A DNA stretch of 64,000 bases, from positions 71,486,001 through 71,550,000 of the forward strand of contig OX597821.1 of assembly GCA_951406725.2 (NCBI GenBank). Reading direction: 5' to 3'. Source of the DNA: Octopus vulgaris (lineage: Eukaryota). The translations under genes and the position numbers were made by a program. The notes under the pieces were generated by a model. It saw only the letters and a program-made list of their open reading frames with translations. It was not told the DNA's origin and made no database searches. Position 1 is the first letter of the stretch, and every line of letters starts with the position of its first letter. Positions 28,744 to 40,545 of the stretch are shown piece after piece.

Positions 28744-29804
28744 GTATGTATGTATGCATGTGTGTGTATACACACACGCACACGTATGCGCACGCACGCA
28801 TACACACACATATTCTACTTAATGGAAAGGAAACTAACAACGCTAATTGTATGCTATCGTTTTCATTTTTCTCGCAGCCTATTTATTGCTAGTTCAGCGT
28901 TTCAATGATCCCAGCAATAAATATGTTAACTCTAACTTACAAATAATTTGTTGATTGAAGTCGCGTTAGGTTCACTCCATTGCCAGTCTACCACGTCAGC
29001 TATTCACAAAGCAGGGCTTAAGCATTAATGTAATCTCAAATGCATTTTCGCTTGAAGAGCAGTTGGTATCCATAAACTCTCCATAATAGGGTAATATGCC
29101 CCTGTAACACAAGTCATCTGTGATGGGTTGTAAATTCAGTGCTGTAAATCTACGAAACATTTGCCCGATGTTCAGATAAAAAAGAATTATATTACTAAGT
29201 GGTTCTGTTTTCGTAGATCTAACTCCAAACTAAGTAGACTATAATAAGGAAAATCTTGTTGTCATCTTTCGGAACACAACGGGGACACAAAGTCAAATTT
29301 TGGGGGCTATGGGCAATCTATATATAATAAATAAAACTGATGCCCAAACGGTATCAACGTGGCTTTTGGTAGTTTTCTTTCGTCCAGTATACTTTTCCCG
29401 TAATTCCACATATTGTTGCAATTATAAACACCATGGTGAAATCATAAACACTGTTTTGTTCTAAAATTACTCTTCTTACAGAATTTGAAATGAGAATATT
29501 CGAGTAAAAAAAATAACGCAAGCAGGATTTCAGTGTTTCAGTGAAATATAAGAAATATAATCATAAATTTAGATGGCAAAGTTCACCAATATTTATTCGA
29601 GATAGTATCAATACTGAAAATAGCGAGACAGAAATAAGAAGCGGTTTATTTAGAACGAAAGAATATAGAATTACAGAACTAAATCATAAATCTTCTCTCA
29701 GAAATTACTATTCTAGATTTGGCGAATATCTATTTAGGGGGAGAGCAAGATATGAAATGCAAAAATAAACAGAAAAACTTTATATTATTTTCGCAATTAT
29801 TAGG

Positions 29805-30594
29805 ACAGTGGACTGGCAGAGTCGGTAGATCATCGGACAAAGAACCTTGTGGTATCTCCTGTACGTTCTGAAATCAAATCCCCCCGCAATCAATTTTGCC
29901 CTTTACCCTCCGGGGGTTGAGAAAATAAAGTACCAGTCAAATACTGGCATACGTTTAATAGAATAACTTTTCTTCTTTGCAAAAATACGGCTCTGTGCCT
30001 GATCGTTATTTTTACGATTATTAAAGATGGTGATCTGGCAGAATCGGTGGAGCAACGAATTTGATGTCTTCATACATCATTACACACTGACCTGAATTCA
30101 AAATGCGCCGGCGTCAGCTTGTACATTAGTCTTTGATTGATCAAATAAACATCATCGAAGATCCGTCACTAATACTCTACGTCCCTCTCTCAACGAAATC
30201 GATAGTCTTGTGTAAAAGTTTGAAATCAATATTTTCAAATCGATAATAGTTGTTTAGGGGAATAATAATTGATAGAAGAATCCGAAAACGAAAAAGGATT
30301 ACGTTTGTAATTTACACACTTTTGTGCTTTAAGCTCGATTCCTAACAAAGTAATCTTTGGTTTTCATCCTTTCAAGTCAATAAGATAAAGTCCCAATCAT
30401 ATACTGGGACCAACTAATTGACCATTGCACCTCACAGCCTGTAAACGGGAAACCATGTTTGCAATGTTATCAATAAAAATAGTTCTAAAATCATGAAAGG
30501 TGATTGGGAGTCAGAATCGAGAGAGTGGCGAACAAAATATCTTGCGTTGCTTTGTTAGGTTATTCAAATGAAAGATAAATCATATACTGGTGTC

Positions 30595-30600
<6 letters not shown>
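29805..30600 (+). mobile_element. Array of about four old, diverged family A-like SINE copies
   Basis: Repeated (tg)gcaga(a/g)tcg heads at ~29813, ~30035, ~30510 and ataaagtaccagtcaaatactgg-like motifs at ~29925, ~30385, ~30575. Confidence 0.55.
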
Positions 30601-30634
<34 letters not shown>

Positions 30635-31800
30635 ACCCTCTCTTACTCTCATTCTCTTTTTCTTTCCCTTTCTCTCTCTCTCCCCCCCTCTCTCTCTCTG
30701 TCTGGGGTTAGACGATTCATTCTCTACAAAAACAAACTATCAAAATAATTACCAGGTATTCATAAATGGGAGGTGAACAATAACTAATTTATAATGGGAA
30801 GCTGTGGGGCCCAAAATGTCTCCCGGCCCCTCTCGATAGATGAATCTAATATGTCTGAAGAAACGTAAGCAATATGAATTACTTTTAGAGTATTTGCTTC
30901 TTAAGTTGGTAAACCACTTCTCGTCCAATCTAGTACAAACATACAACTTACCTTAATTGGCCAATCTAAATGCAGAATGCCATTTCTATGGACATAGCGC
31001 AGCTCCAGTCACAAAAGAGCCAAGAGACAGACATATATATATACAAAGATTGTTATTAACGAGAATAAATCATTCTTCTCTGCCGATGAATCTGTGGCTC
31101 TTTCAACGACTGAATATAAACACATGTTTGCTGGTGTTTTATTCTACAATTTACCAGAGTCCTGTCTGTGTTTATAATTGTCTCAGACAGTTTACTCTGT
31201 ATATTTTCATAAACGAGGAGAGAACGATATGAGGCGAAAACAAAAAGAATGAGTTTTTTTATAGGGTTTCAACCACAGAAGAAATTTTACTGCTATAGAC
31301 CTTCGACATTTTTGTCGTTAAAGGTCGATGAACTGAGAATCAGTAATAAATATAATTGAACCCAAATAATTAATAAAACTTTATACTTATAAAAATATTT
31401 ATATGTGTAACACAGACGCAAAGACACACACACACAACACTATATATATATATATATACGTAGTTTATAAATGAGAGACACGTATTCTCTGTATAGAATA
31501 CTCTTTGTAGTGCTCAAGAGATTTAAACTTGAGAAGGTAGAGGAGTAAATTTCAGTATGAGCAAGTTAGGTAAGTGGATATACAAAAAATATTAAGCACA
31601 TTTAATACAAAAAATGTACATGTTTACATGTAAAAAAGGTCCGACATACACAGAATAGATACGATATGATATCACGTTGAATAAGAATTTCATATATATA
31701 TATATATGTGTGTGTGTGTCTGTGTCTGTGTCTGTGTCTGTGTGTGTGTGTCTGTGTCTGTGTCTGTGTCTGTGTCTGTGTGTGTGTGTGTGTGTGTGTG

Positions 31801-32650
31801 CAGTTGAACGAAGAGAAATTTGAGCTTATCCACTTTGGAAGAGAGGGCACACTCAAACAACCATATACGCAACCGTCGGGAGACCTTCTTCAACCGTCGG
31901 ATAATATCAGAGACTTAGGTGTAACTGTCGACAGCAACTTTAGCTGGAGCGTGCGCATCAACAAAAAAGTCGATGTTGCTCGCAGAATGTGTTCACCGAC
32001 CCTCAGAACTTTTCAATCTAGGGATCATGAAACCATCATCCTTCTCTTCTCCACACTCGCCAGGCCCCACCTCGAATACTGCTACCCATTGCGACCCCAC
32101 TACAAAAAAAACATAATGAGGATCGAAGTACCACAAAGATGAATCACTAAAAAAATAAATGGCATGATGGGACTTGATTATTGGGTTCGACGTAAACATC
32201 TGAAGCTCTATTCTCTGCAACGCCGCCGTGAGCGATACATTATTTGAACCATGTGGAAAATATTTTACCAATATTATCCAAAATGATATTGGTATTATGT
32301 TTACAATCCACCCAAGACTAGGCCCCCTTGCAATGCGTCCCCTACAAAGGCCGAGATCACATCACATAAGAACATTGCGACACAATGTCTTCACTGCAAA
32401 TGGTCCTGCACTTTTCAATGTTATCCCGAAAGAAAGTAGAAAAAGACCCCACAACTTTCCAACGGTACCTGGAAAAATTCCTCCAGGAAATACTGGATAA
32501 ACCCCCTACACCTGGATACATCTCAACCAGCAACAACTCTCTGCTTGAGTCGTCCATGATGTCCCGAAATAATTAACTAAAAGACTTTTACAGGTGGTGC
32601 TACTGAGTTAGTGATGGCCTAGACCGATAATGACTGAAACCAATCTAAGT
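31801..32650 (+). mobile_element. CR1-group LINE 3' fragment (second subfamily)
   Basis: QLNEEKFELIHFG...SDNIRDLGVTVDSNFSWSVRI...LRTFQSRD...LARPHLEYC..L...DYWVRRKHLKLYSLQRRRERY...FLQEILDKPPTPGY. Confidence 0.9.
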
Positions 32651-32769
32651 ATATATATATATTTATATATATATATACATTACATTTTGGCGTTTTGCTG
32701 AGATTTTTCTTGAGAACACACTCTTCATGGTAATGATGATTTGACGTCTATGTTTAGTATATTAGGTAT

Positions 32770-34181
32770 CCACTAGTAACGATGAATTTAATTTTATTAA
32801 TTAACTTTTGAGAAATTAACGATTAATAGTTAATTTCGATTAAAACACAAAATATCTGCAGTTGCATTTATTGACAAGTTTATGATCTCTCAATTAAAAT
32901 TCAGTGAAAAACAAGAAACAGCATTGGCGTTTTTTCCCTCAGATGTCGTTGGATAACCAGTTACGCTAACACACAAACATGTTAACAGTATTTGGTTCAA
33001 GTGATGAGCGCGTCTTGTTAACAATGTCACCAGCAGAGCTAAATAATCGTTCACACGGAACCAAGGTAGCTGCTAAGCACAGAAAAGTCTTGGCAAAAAA
33101 TGCCACTTTCGGATATCGATGTTCATTAAGTTTCCACCATTGTAGTGGATCAACTGGTTTAGCAACTTCTTTCTCCATTTTATATCGCTGTACTTCATCA
33201 GAAGCTCTTCTAAGACTGAGTCAGACTCCATCAGCTCAAATACGCTTTTCATTGGGTTCGCATATAGTTTTATTGACACTGTCAGTCCACCTTATGCATT
33301 AGTCTTCAACCGGTCATCATTAACATCAGCTGCCATTTGTTGTCCAATAAGTAACCAAGTTTGTTCTTTTGAATCGTCCGATATACACTTCAAGTTTTAA
33401 TATCGTGGATCAAGTTCTGTTGCAATCTGTAATATTTCAATACTTTTCATATCAGCTACACGTTCGCTGGAGTCATTAACAGATGCTACCTTGAATCTAG
33501 CTAAATATAACCTGGATCATCATCATTTACAGTCGTGTGCTTTATCAAGGACAATAACAAGGACAACAACACAGCTACACGACACATATTTTTCACCGCC
33601 AAGCAGGACCATAACCTGACAGAAGAAGTCTAAAACGTTAATGTATTTTGAAATCATTTCGATGTGCTTTGGGATAGGTTTGGATGGAACCAAGACTTTA
33701 ATAAATGACATTTGACTAAGTTGTGACTAAGTTGGGATGCAGAGGAATGGAGCTCAGGCCCTTCTTAACCATTCAGCGATGTTGCATCTATACATATACA
33801 TATACACATTCACGCGCACACACTCATACACGCGCATGCACTAGCGCATGTGTATTACATATACATAACTACATACACACACACACATAGTGCGTGCGTG
33901 TGTTTTGACTTTGTAGAAGTTTTGAAGGGGAATGGTCTATCAATATTCCCTGTGTTGGATTGCATTGAATATTGTTTTAGTGACAATGTCGTGCCGCATA
34001 GCCAGGCTGTGCTCGATGGCATTTTTAACTCACACTGATGGTCACATATCTTATTTCTCACACAGAAAATGTCGCATGATCGACATTTTCTTTTGAATCT
34101 TGTGGTTCCATTATGGTATTTTGTATCAATCTCCTGCTCGTGGATTGCAAACACCTTCGACGTGGGCTGTCGTGTACGTGC

Positions 34182-34225
<44 letters not shown>

Positions 34226-34380
34226 GTATTTATATATACACACATCTTTTTGTCATGTATATCGGTGAAAACAAAAAAAAAGCACGTTATTCATTTCAAG
34301 GCCCAAGTTACACAGACATTCTGTTGTTACTCCCGCTGCCAGAAGTGCATTGAACCCGTGATCAACCTTTTAGGGAAGTA
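32770..34380 (-). mobile_element. Degenerate hAT (ZBED1-like) DNA transposon
   Basis: DPLQWWKLNEHRYPKVAFFAKTFLCLAATLVPCERLFSSAGDIVNKTRSSLEP (hAT dimerisation domain, 32966-33178); LLGGEKYVSCS; LQIATELDPRY*NLKC; many stops and frameshifts; upper boundary uncertain. Confidence 0.85.
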
Positions 34381-36058
34381 GAATCAATGACGCTGTTGTT
34401 CACAAAACACAAGACATACAATAAATAAATAAATAAATAAATAAATAAAGGTTATAAATTACAGAAAATGTTACTGTTCTACTCTGAAATAGCACATTGT
34501 AGTGGTACTTTCATACTTTTGTAAAATTATCATTGTTTTCTCATTCGTTCTTCCGTTTTACTCTCAGCTTTTCTACTTGCTTTTATCTAGAAATGTATTC
34601 CGAGTCCTGTTCATTTTTTTTTTCTTTTTCAATAGTTTCAGATACAGATAACATTCAACTGATTTATTTATATATCCTGAATATAATCCTTCTTCAGTAA
34701 CTGTTTTCCTAAGTGTTGAAAAGCAGGCTTACCTCAGGAAGTTACTTTGTTCAACAAAAATAAACATCATGTTCCTTTAGAATTAACCGCAGTCTTCTCA
34801 AATGAAACGAAATACTTTCTAAACAACCTTTTCCTACCACAGAACGCTTGCGATCAATAATAATTTGTTCGAACATTTATTATAACAAATACGATTTACC
34901 ATGTTAACAAAATTAATCTATTGGATTATTTGCTTCTAGTTAAAACTAATAATTATTCCTTTACATCAAATACGATTAGTAACAAATAAGAAGTAAACAT
35001 ATTACTCACTGTAGTCTACGGTTTTCTTAGATTATTCCAGGTCAGAGATATTGACCAATATTGACGGCAGCCAAGATTGAAGTTGGGTTCTTCATGAAGA
35101 AAATTATCGGCTTTGCAATCGTACAGCAGCAGAAACCATTATCACGTGTTATCCGGTCGTAAAAGTATATTTTAAAAAATATTTTTCGCGACATTACAAT
35201 ATTTAGAAAATTATTTAAAATTCCAAAATTTACACTGAATGAAGTGATCTAAATTGATGTCCGAAGTGAAAACTTGCGTAAGATACCGATTTTTCATAAG
35301 AAAGCTGTTACTGAAGCCTCGTCTTTTCATGAAATGGAGAAGGGAATAAAAATCCACACACATATGTAATAAATACAATTATACACCGCTTGGCGGCGTT
35401 TATAAATCCGTTTTGCAATATTCTAGGTTAATATTGGCAATAATTAAGACTAAAACCGATATTCTGCTCCAGAATCAGTTATCAGTAAAACTAAGATTAA
35501 GTTTAATATTATCATGACCAATATATTATGAATTTACCATAATCTTGCTAATTACGTAATAATATTTTAATCTTAATTGCAACTAAATTATATTTATTTA
35601 AAAATTAAAGCAGATGACATTTTATTATTTAGCGACCTGTAGAAATATAATCTTTGCTTAAGTAAAATTAATTTTTCAAATTATGATGTATAGGGTATTA
35701 ATTTCGTGTTTTCTTTTAAATACTATTTGCGATTACATCAATTTTTAAGGGCATGGAAAGAAAACTTCAGTGAAATCCAATATAACAACTGTTTTTCGGT
35801 ACATTTTTCCCCACGTGTTAACACTTAAAGTAATATATTCTAATATTTGTAATATTAATTATGTTAATTAACGGTCAGTGCGCCAGTGCCGATTTACAAT
35901 GAAAGAAACGCAGAGAAATACTCACAAATACTGCATCAAGAACCGGTTTTATAATGAAGTGGTTGTTATTTCATTTTACGAAACCACGACGATGTTTTTA
36001 TGAAATTAAATGTCATCAATTACGAAAGTCAAACGTTCATTAACAAAACTATTGTATA

Positions 36059-36231
36059 GGCGCAGGAGTGGCTCAGTGGTAAGTAGCTTGCTTACCAACC
36101 ACATGGTTCCGGGTTCAGTCCCACTGCGTGGCACCTTGGGCAAGTGTCTTCTACTATAGCCTCGGGCCGACCAAAGCCTTGTGAGAGGATTTAGTAGACG
36201 GAAACTGAAAGAAGCCCGTCGTATATATGTG

Positions 36232-36264
<33 letters not shown>

Positions 36265-36440
36265 CTGTGTTTGTTCCCCCAACATCGCTTGAGAACCGAT
36301 GCTGGTGTGTTTACGTCCCTGTAACCTAGCGGTTACTAGGCTTACAAAGAATAAGTCCTGGGGTCGATTTGCTCGACTAAAGGCGGTGCTCCAGCATGGC
36401 CATTGTCAAATGACCGAAACAAGTAAAAGAGTAAAGAGAG
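36059..36440 (+). mobile_element. Family B tRNA-derived CORE-type SINE, full length
   Basis: ggcgcaggagtggctcagtggtaag (A box)...ggttcagtccc (B box)...ccttgggcaagt (CORE-like); near-identical to 62455. Confidence 0.93.
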
Positions 36441-36524
36441 TATATAAAGGCAGTCATACCTACACGCAAACACCTTTTTTTCTTTTTCCTTCTTACGACA
36501 CATAAAACTATTCCTGTTCCTTTT

Positions 36525-36697
36525 TAGGAGCCAATGCCTGGAATTTTGAAGGGACAGGGACAAATCAATTACATCGACTCCAGAACTTGAATGATGGTAT
36601 TTTATTTTATCGACCTGGAAGGGATGAAAGGTAATGTTGGCCTTGGTGGCATTTGAACTCAGAACGTAAAGAAATGCTTCTAAGCATTTTGTCCGCC
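36525..36697 (-). mobile_element. Diverged family A SINE
   Basis: attacatcgactccag...gggatgaaaggta..gttggccttggtggcatttgaactcagaacg. Confidence 0.75.
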
Positions 36698-36799
36698 TTA
36701 GAAATACATACACGCGTGTGGGGGGAGTGGGTGTACGTTTGCGCGTGTATGTGCACGAAGGCTTCAACGAAATTAATTGATCAGTTGATTCAGTCATTT

Positions 36800-37031
36800 A
36801 CCTTTTATGTTGAGAACATTGTAGCGTAAACACAATGTCTAGTTTTCTATTAAACTTATGGTTGTAACTTGGTTGACATTTCAAGTATAGTGTCATTGGA
36901 CGCTCAGGAAAGGAAAGATAGACGGAGGATTTAACATTTCGAGCGGATCTCTTCGTCAGAAACATAGGAAAAGGAAAGATCCAAGAAAGGGAAGACGGAG
37001 GAAAAAAATCGCCAACAGTACACACGCGGTC

Positions 37032-37032
<1 letters not shown>
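36800..37032 (-). mobile_element. Non-coding hammerhead element abutting (TA)n, related to 2703-2943
   Basis: Pyrimidine-rich leader, hammerhead, ttcctgagcg motif; left boundary approximate. Confidence 0.6.
36929..36963 (-). ncRNA. Minimal type I hammerhead, canonical CUGACGA core
   Basis: Minus: gttt-CTGACGA-a-gag(atccg)ctc-GAAA-tg-tt-aaat. Confidence 0.65.
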
Positions 37033-37119
<87 letters not shown>

Positions 37120-37549
37120 TGCGCGTGTACTTAAGTATATATGAATATATATATTTGTGTATGTATTGTGTGTACGGGTATATTTGTAATTATCTGTGAG
37201 GTATCTTATAAGTAATTCACAGTGCAAATTTTTTTTTGTCATATTTGAAAAAACATCTGTTTATAATATTTACATTTGAATGTCTGTGTGTTCAAGGCCA
37301 GTGTTACTGAGGGAGTTATATATTTTTACCAACTTCGTAAATATTGCTATACAAACCTATATACATATATATACAGCCCAGAAAAAAAAAATTTGTTATA
37401 AAATGAATACAAAGATATTCATTTAATTTGATGTATTTTATGTATATATGCCATCGTAAAAACCATGAAACTAATGAATATGAATACGTCTGGGTTCATG
37501 TGCAAATAATGTATTAACAGATGTACATGTATACATGTATATATAGATA

Positions 37550-37588
<39 letters not shown>

Positions 37589-37593
37589 CGATG

Positions 37594-37659
<66 letters not shown>

Positions 37660-38129
37660 CAAGTACACATGCTATCCTAATAATATTAGTGTATCAAAGA
37701 TTATTTTCCACTGAATGGACCGCCATCATGTGTTGAACGAAAATTAATCTCTCATAATAAAACTTGGTGATACATATGGTTTTAATTAGACTTCTTAGTA
37801 AAAATTCCTGATTAAAACTTACCACCAGAATTATATTAAATATGCATAGATTATAGACCATACTAATGATACCTTGCATACAAACACCCAACTTGCTTTC
37901 ATTACAAAGAGAATTAATGTTAGCGAAGCTCCAATTACTGTGGTATGTGTTCAAATAGGCTGACTAAACAAACGTCTAGAACTAGGGAGTGCAGGGCAAA
38001 GAGAGAGAAAGGGAGAGCTCGACTAAGAGAGTAAGAGAAGAAGAGTGAAAGCTGGAGTTGTGATCAGATTGAGATTTAGGTGCTCTCATGTCGAGTGATA
38101 CATGAGGCAGTAAGACTAACCCAGCAGGA

Positions 38130-38470
38130 TCAGCCAACACCCACCCTCAGTGCATCATTCCATCATAGGTTAACCAGATGAAGGTTCCTGCTAATCGTCT
38201 GTGCCAGTTCATCTTGGGTTTCCCCTGAGCTGGTTCCCCTGAGGTTTCCATTTCTGTTCGTCGGGAGTCCTACAATAGACCCCAGCCAACTCAGTCAGGC
38301 ACCATCAGATGGTGATGGATAGTGGACATTGGTCTACTCTGCTTCTGACCTCCTCGTTGTCGATAAAATCGTTCCACTTGATGCCTAGTATTTTCCAGTG
38401 GATACTGCTAACGAAAGCGTCCAGTTTCTTTTCTAGGTTAGTTTTCAGTTATCATGTCTTGCATCCATAT
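38130..38470 (-). mobile_element. RTE-clade LINE 3' fragment
   Basis: YGCKT*..KTNLEKKLDAFVSSIHWKILGIKWNDFIDNEEVRSR...LSWLG...WKP.G...GKPK. Confidence 0.8.
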
Positions 38471-38624
38471 ATATACGAGTGAAAGGATAGAGGTGTTATC
38501 GAGGAGCAAGAATATTATTTCAGTGTAATATGGAGGAACTGGTGGTTTAGAAAAGATGGTACACAGACAAAAACCGGTGCCTCAAACACCATACAGCATA
38601 AAGGCTTCATTTATTAAAACTATC

Positions 38625-38773
38625 GTCGCGTGAAGAGAACGTCGCGTGAAGAGAACGTCGCGTGAAGAGAACGTCGCGTGAAGAGAACGTCGCGTGAAGA
38701 GAACGTCGCGTGAAGAGAACGTCGCGTGAAGAGAACGTCGCGTGAAGAGAACGTCGCGTGAAGAGAACGTCGC
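38625..38773. repeat. Perfect 16-bp minisatellite (GTCGCGTGAAGAGAAC) x9.3
   Basis: Nine identical units starting 38625, 38641 ... 38753, plus a partial unit. Confidence 0.98.
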
Positions 38774-38790
38774 AATCTTGCCATTTCGAA

Positions 38791-39256
38791 ATTATCACAT
38801 ATCCTCTACAGGCGGAGATAATTTTAATAAATCAAACATTTATTCTGTATGGTATCTGATATACCTGTATTTGTTTTCGTTATTCGAATCTTGCCAGTGA
38901 CTACTCTGTTTTGTTTAAATTATGCAAATTACGTCGGCCCTACATATGTTTTACACTGTTTTGTATAAATCTAAGCCCTTTGTCCATTGGTGAAAATGTT
39001 GGAGTACTGCTGTGCCGATGAAGGCTACTGAGCCAGAAACACGTGTCCGCAATATTCCTTTTGTCTCCAGAGAATAAGCTTGTTCTTTTCCTTAATGGCA
39101 CATCGACTTTTTTGGAAAATTCTTGAGATTATGTTCTCTTCTCAAGTGGAGCTGATCTCAGTTGTTATTTGATAATTATGACACACCATCTAGAGGAAGA
39201 CATCATTTTAGTAAACCAAGAATTTATGTTGTACGGTATTTGATATACCTGTATTT
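38791..39256 (+). mobile_element. Older retrozyme-like/PLE-derived element: 384 bp unit plus 82 bp terminal direct repeat, internal hammerhead
   Basis: 38791-38872 aligns without gaps to 39175-39256 (about 17 mismatches in 82 by eye). Confidence 0.65.
39001..39058 (+). ncRNA. Type I hammerhead-like motif, core CCGAUGA (U4C)
   Basis: tgtg-CCGATGA-a-ggct(actg)agcc-a-GAAA-cacgt-GTC-cgca; outer ggagta/tattcc pairing. Confidence 0.65.
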
Positions 39257-39370
39257 ATCTGGAGTAGAAAGTAGCTTTATTTGTAGCGTTGGTAGAGGCG
39301 GGTGTGTTTATAGTGTTGGTATTGGTAGCAGGGCTTGTGGTTCTACTGTAGTGTAAGTGGTGGTAGTGGC

Positions 39371-39845
39371 TGGACGCTCCATCGGTAACGACGACGGGAG
39401 TCCCAGTTGAGCCAATCAGCAGAACAGTCTGCTCGTAAAATTAACGTGCAAGTGGCTGAGTACTCCACAGACACGCGTAGTTCTTAACCTAGTTCTCTGA
39501 GCGATTCAGCGTGACACACCGAATTTAAAAATGCTAAAACATTGGACTGTGGAGGTGCGTGGCATAGTGGTTAGGGTGTTGGACTCATGTTCGTGAGATT
39601 AGGGTTTCAATTCCTGAACCAGGTGACGCTTTGTGTTATTGAGCAAAACACTTCATTTCACATTGCTCCAGTCCATTTAACTGGCAAAAATGAGTGATCC
39701 TGCAATGGAGCGGCGTCCCGTCCAGGTAGGAAATTTATACGATATGGAAACCGGGGAGCCGGCCATTATGGACGTGGCATGACTCGAGAAGGTTTACTTT
39801 TAAACCATTGAACTTGAGACACAACTCATTTTGCCAGCTGAGTGA
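39371..39845 (-). mobile_element. Family D SINE fragment split by a family C insertion
   Basis: gattcagcgtgacaca and ctcattttgccagctgagtga are contiguous parts of the copy at 59360-59545. Confidence 0.7.
39551..39800 (+). mobile_element. Family C tRNA-derived SINE with imperfect 13-bp TSD
   Basis: gtggcatagtggttagggtgttggactc...gtttcaattcc head; flanks aaaacattggact / aaaccattgaact; inverse copy at 48985-49195. Confidence 0.8.
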
Positions 39846-40154
39846 CAGTAAGAGTAGTTGTAGTAATAGCGATAGCTACCGTGATTATAGTAATGGTGGT
39901 GGTTGTGGAAGGGGGTCACAGTGATGGTGGTGGTGATAGTAGTGGTTGTGGCATGGGTGCCACAGTGATGGTGATGGTGGTGGTTGTAATGTTATGGATG
40001 AATGCAATGTTGATCATGATAGTAGCAGTGATGGTGGCGGTGAAGGCGGTGCTGGTCGTGGGTTTTGTGGTTGTAATGATAGTAATCCAGGATGTAACGA
40101 TGCCACAGCGTCCGTCGCGATGTTAGTGTTTCTTAGATCTTTTATTTAATTTTT

Positions 40155-40545
40155 CATCTTTTTCTTGTTTCAGTCATTGAATAGTGGCCATGGTGAAGCA
40201 CCACCTTGAAAGGTTTGGGTCGAACAAACCAACTTCAATACTTATTTTTAAAAGTTTCGTTTCTTTCGGATCTTTTGCCGAACCTCTGAAATGCGGATAC
40301 ATAACCAACCCAACATCCGCTGTCGAACAGTGTTGGGAACAAACTCAGACACATACACAAACATATAAATATACATATATTACGGGCTTCCTCGCAATTT
40401 CCGTCAACTAAGTTCACTAACAAGGCATTAATCGATGAGGAAGGTGCTGCGCAAAATGCATTTATCGGTGAGGAGCGTACTGCGCAGTGGGATCGAACCC
40501 GCAACCACGTGGTTGCAAAGCAATCTTCTTAGCCACAAAGATATG
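40155..40545 (-). mobile_element. Diverged family B SINE
   Basis: ttgtttcagtcatt...gcgcagtgggatcgaacccgcaaccacgtggttg...cttagccaca. Confidence 0.8.

Noticed and set aside
32966-33178. Functional host ZBED1 gene
   Set aside because: Surrounding transposase has stops, frameshifts and SSR insertions; a decayed hAT copy
36059-36130. tRNA gene (also other SINE heads)
   Set aside because: A/B boxes continue into SINE body; no full cloverleaf
38607-38798. Tandem array as CRISPR or repeat protein
   Set aside because: Identical contiguous 16-mers with no spacers; eukaryotic context
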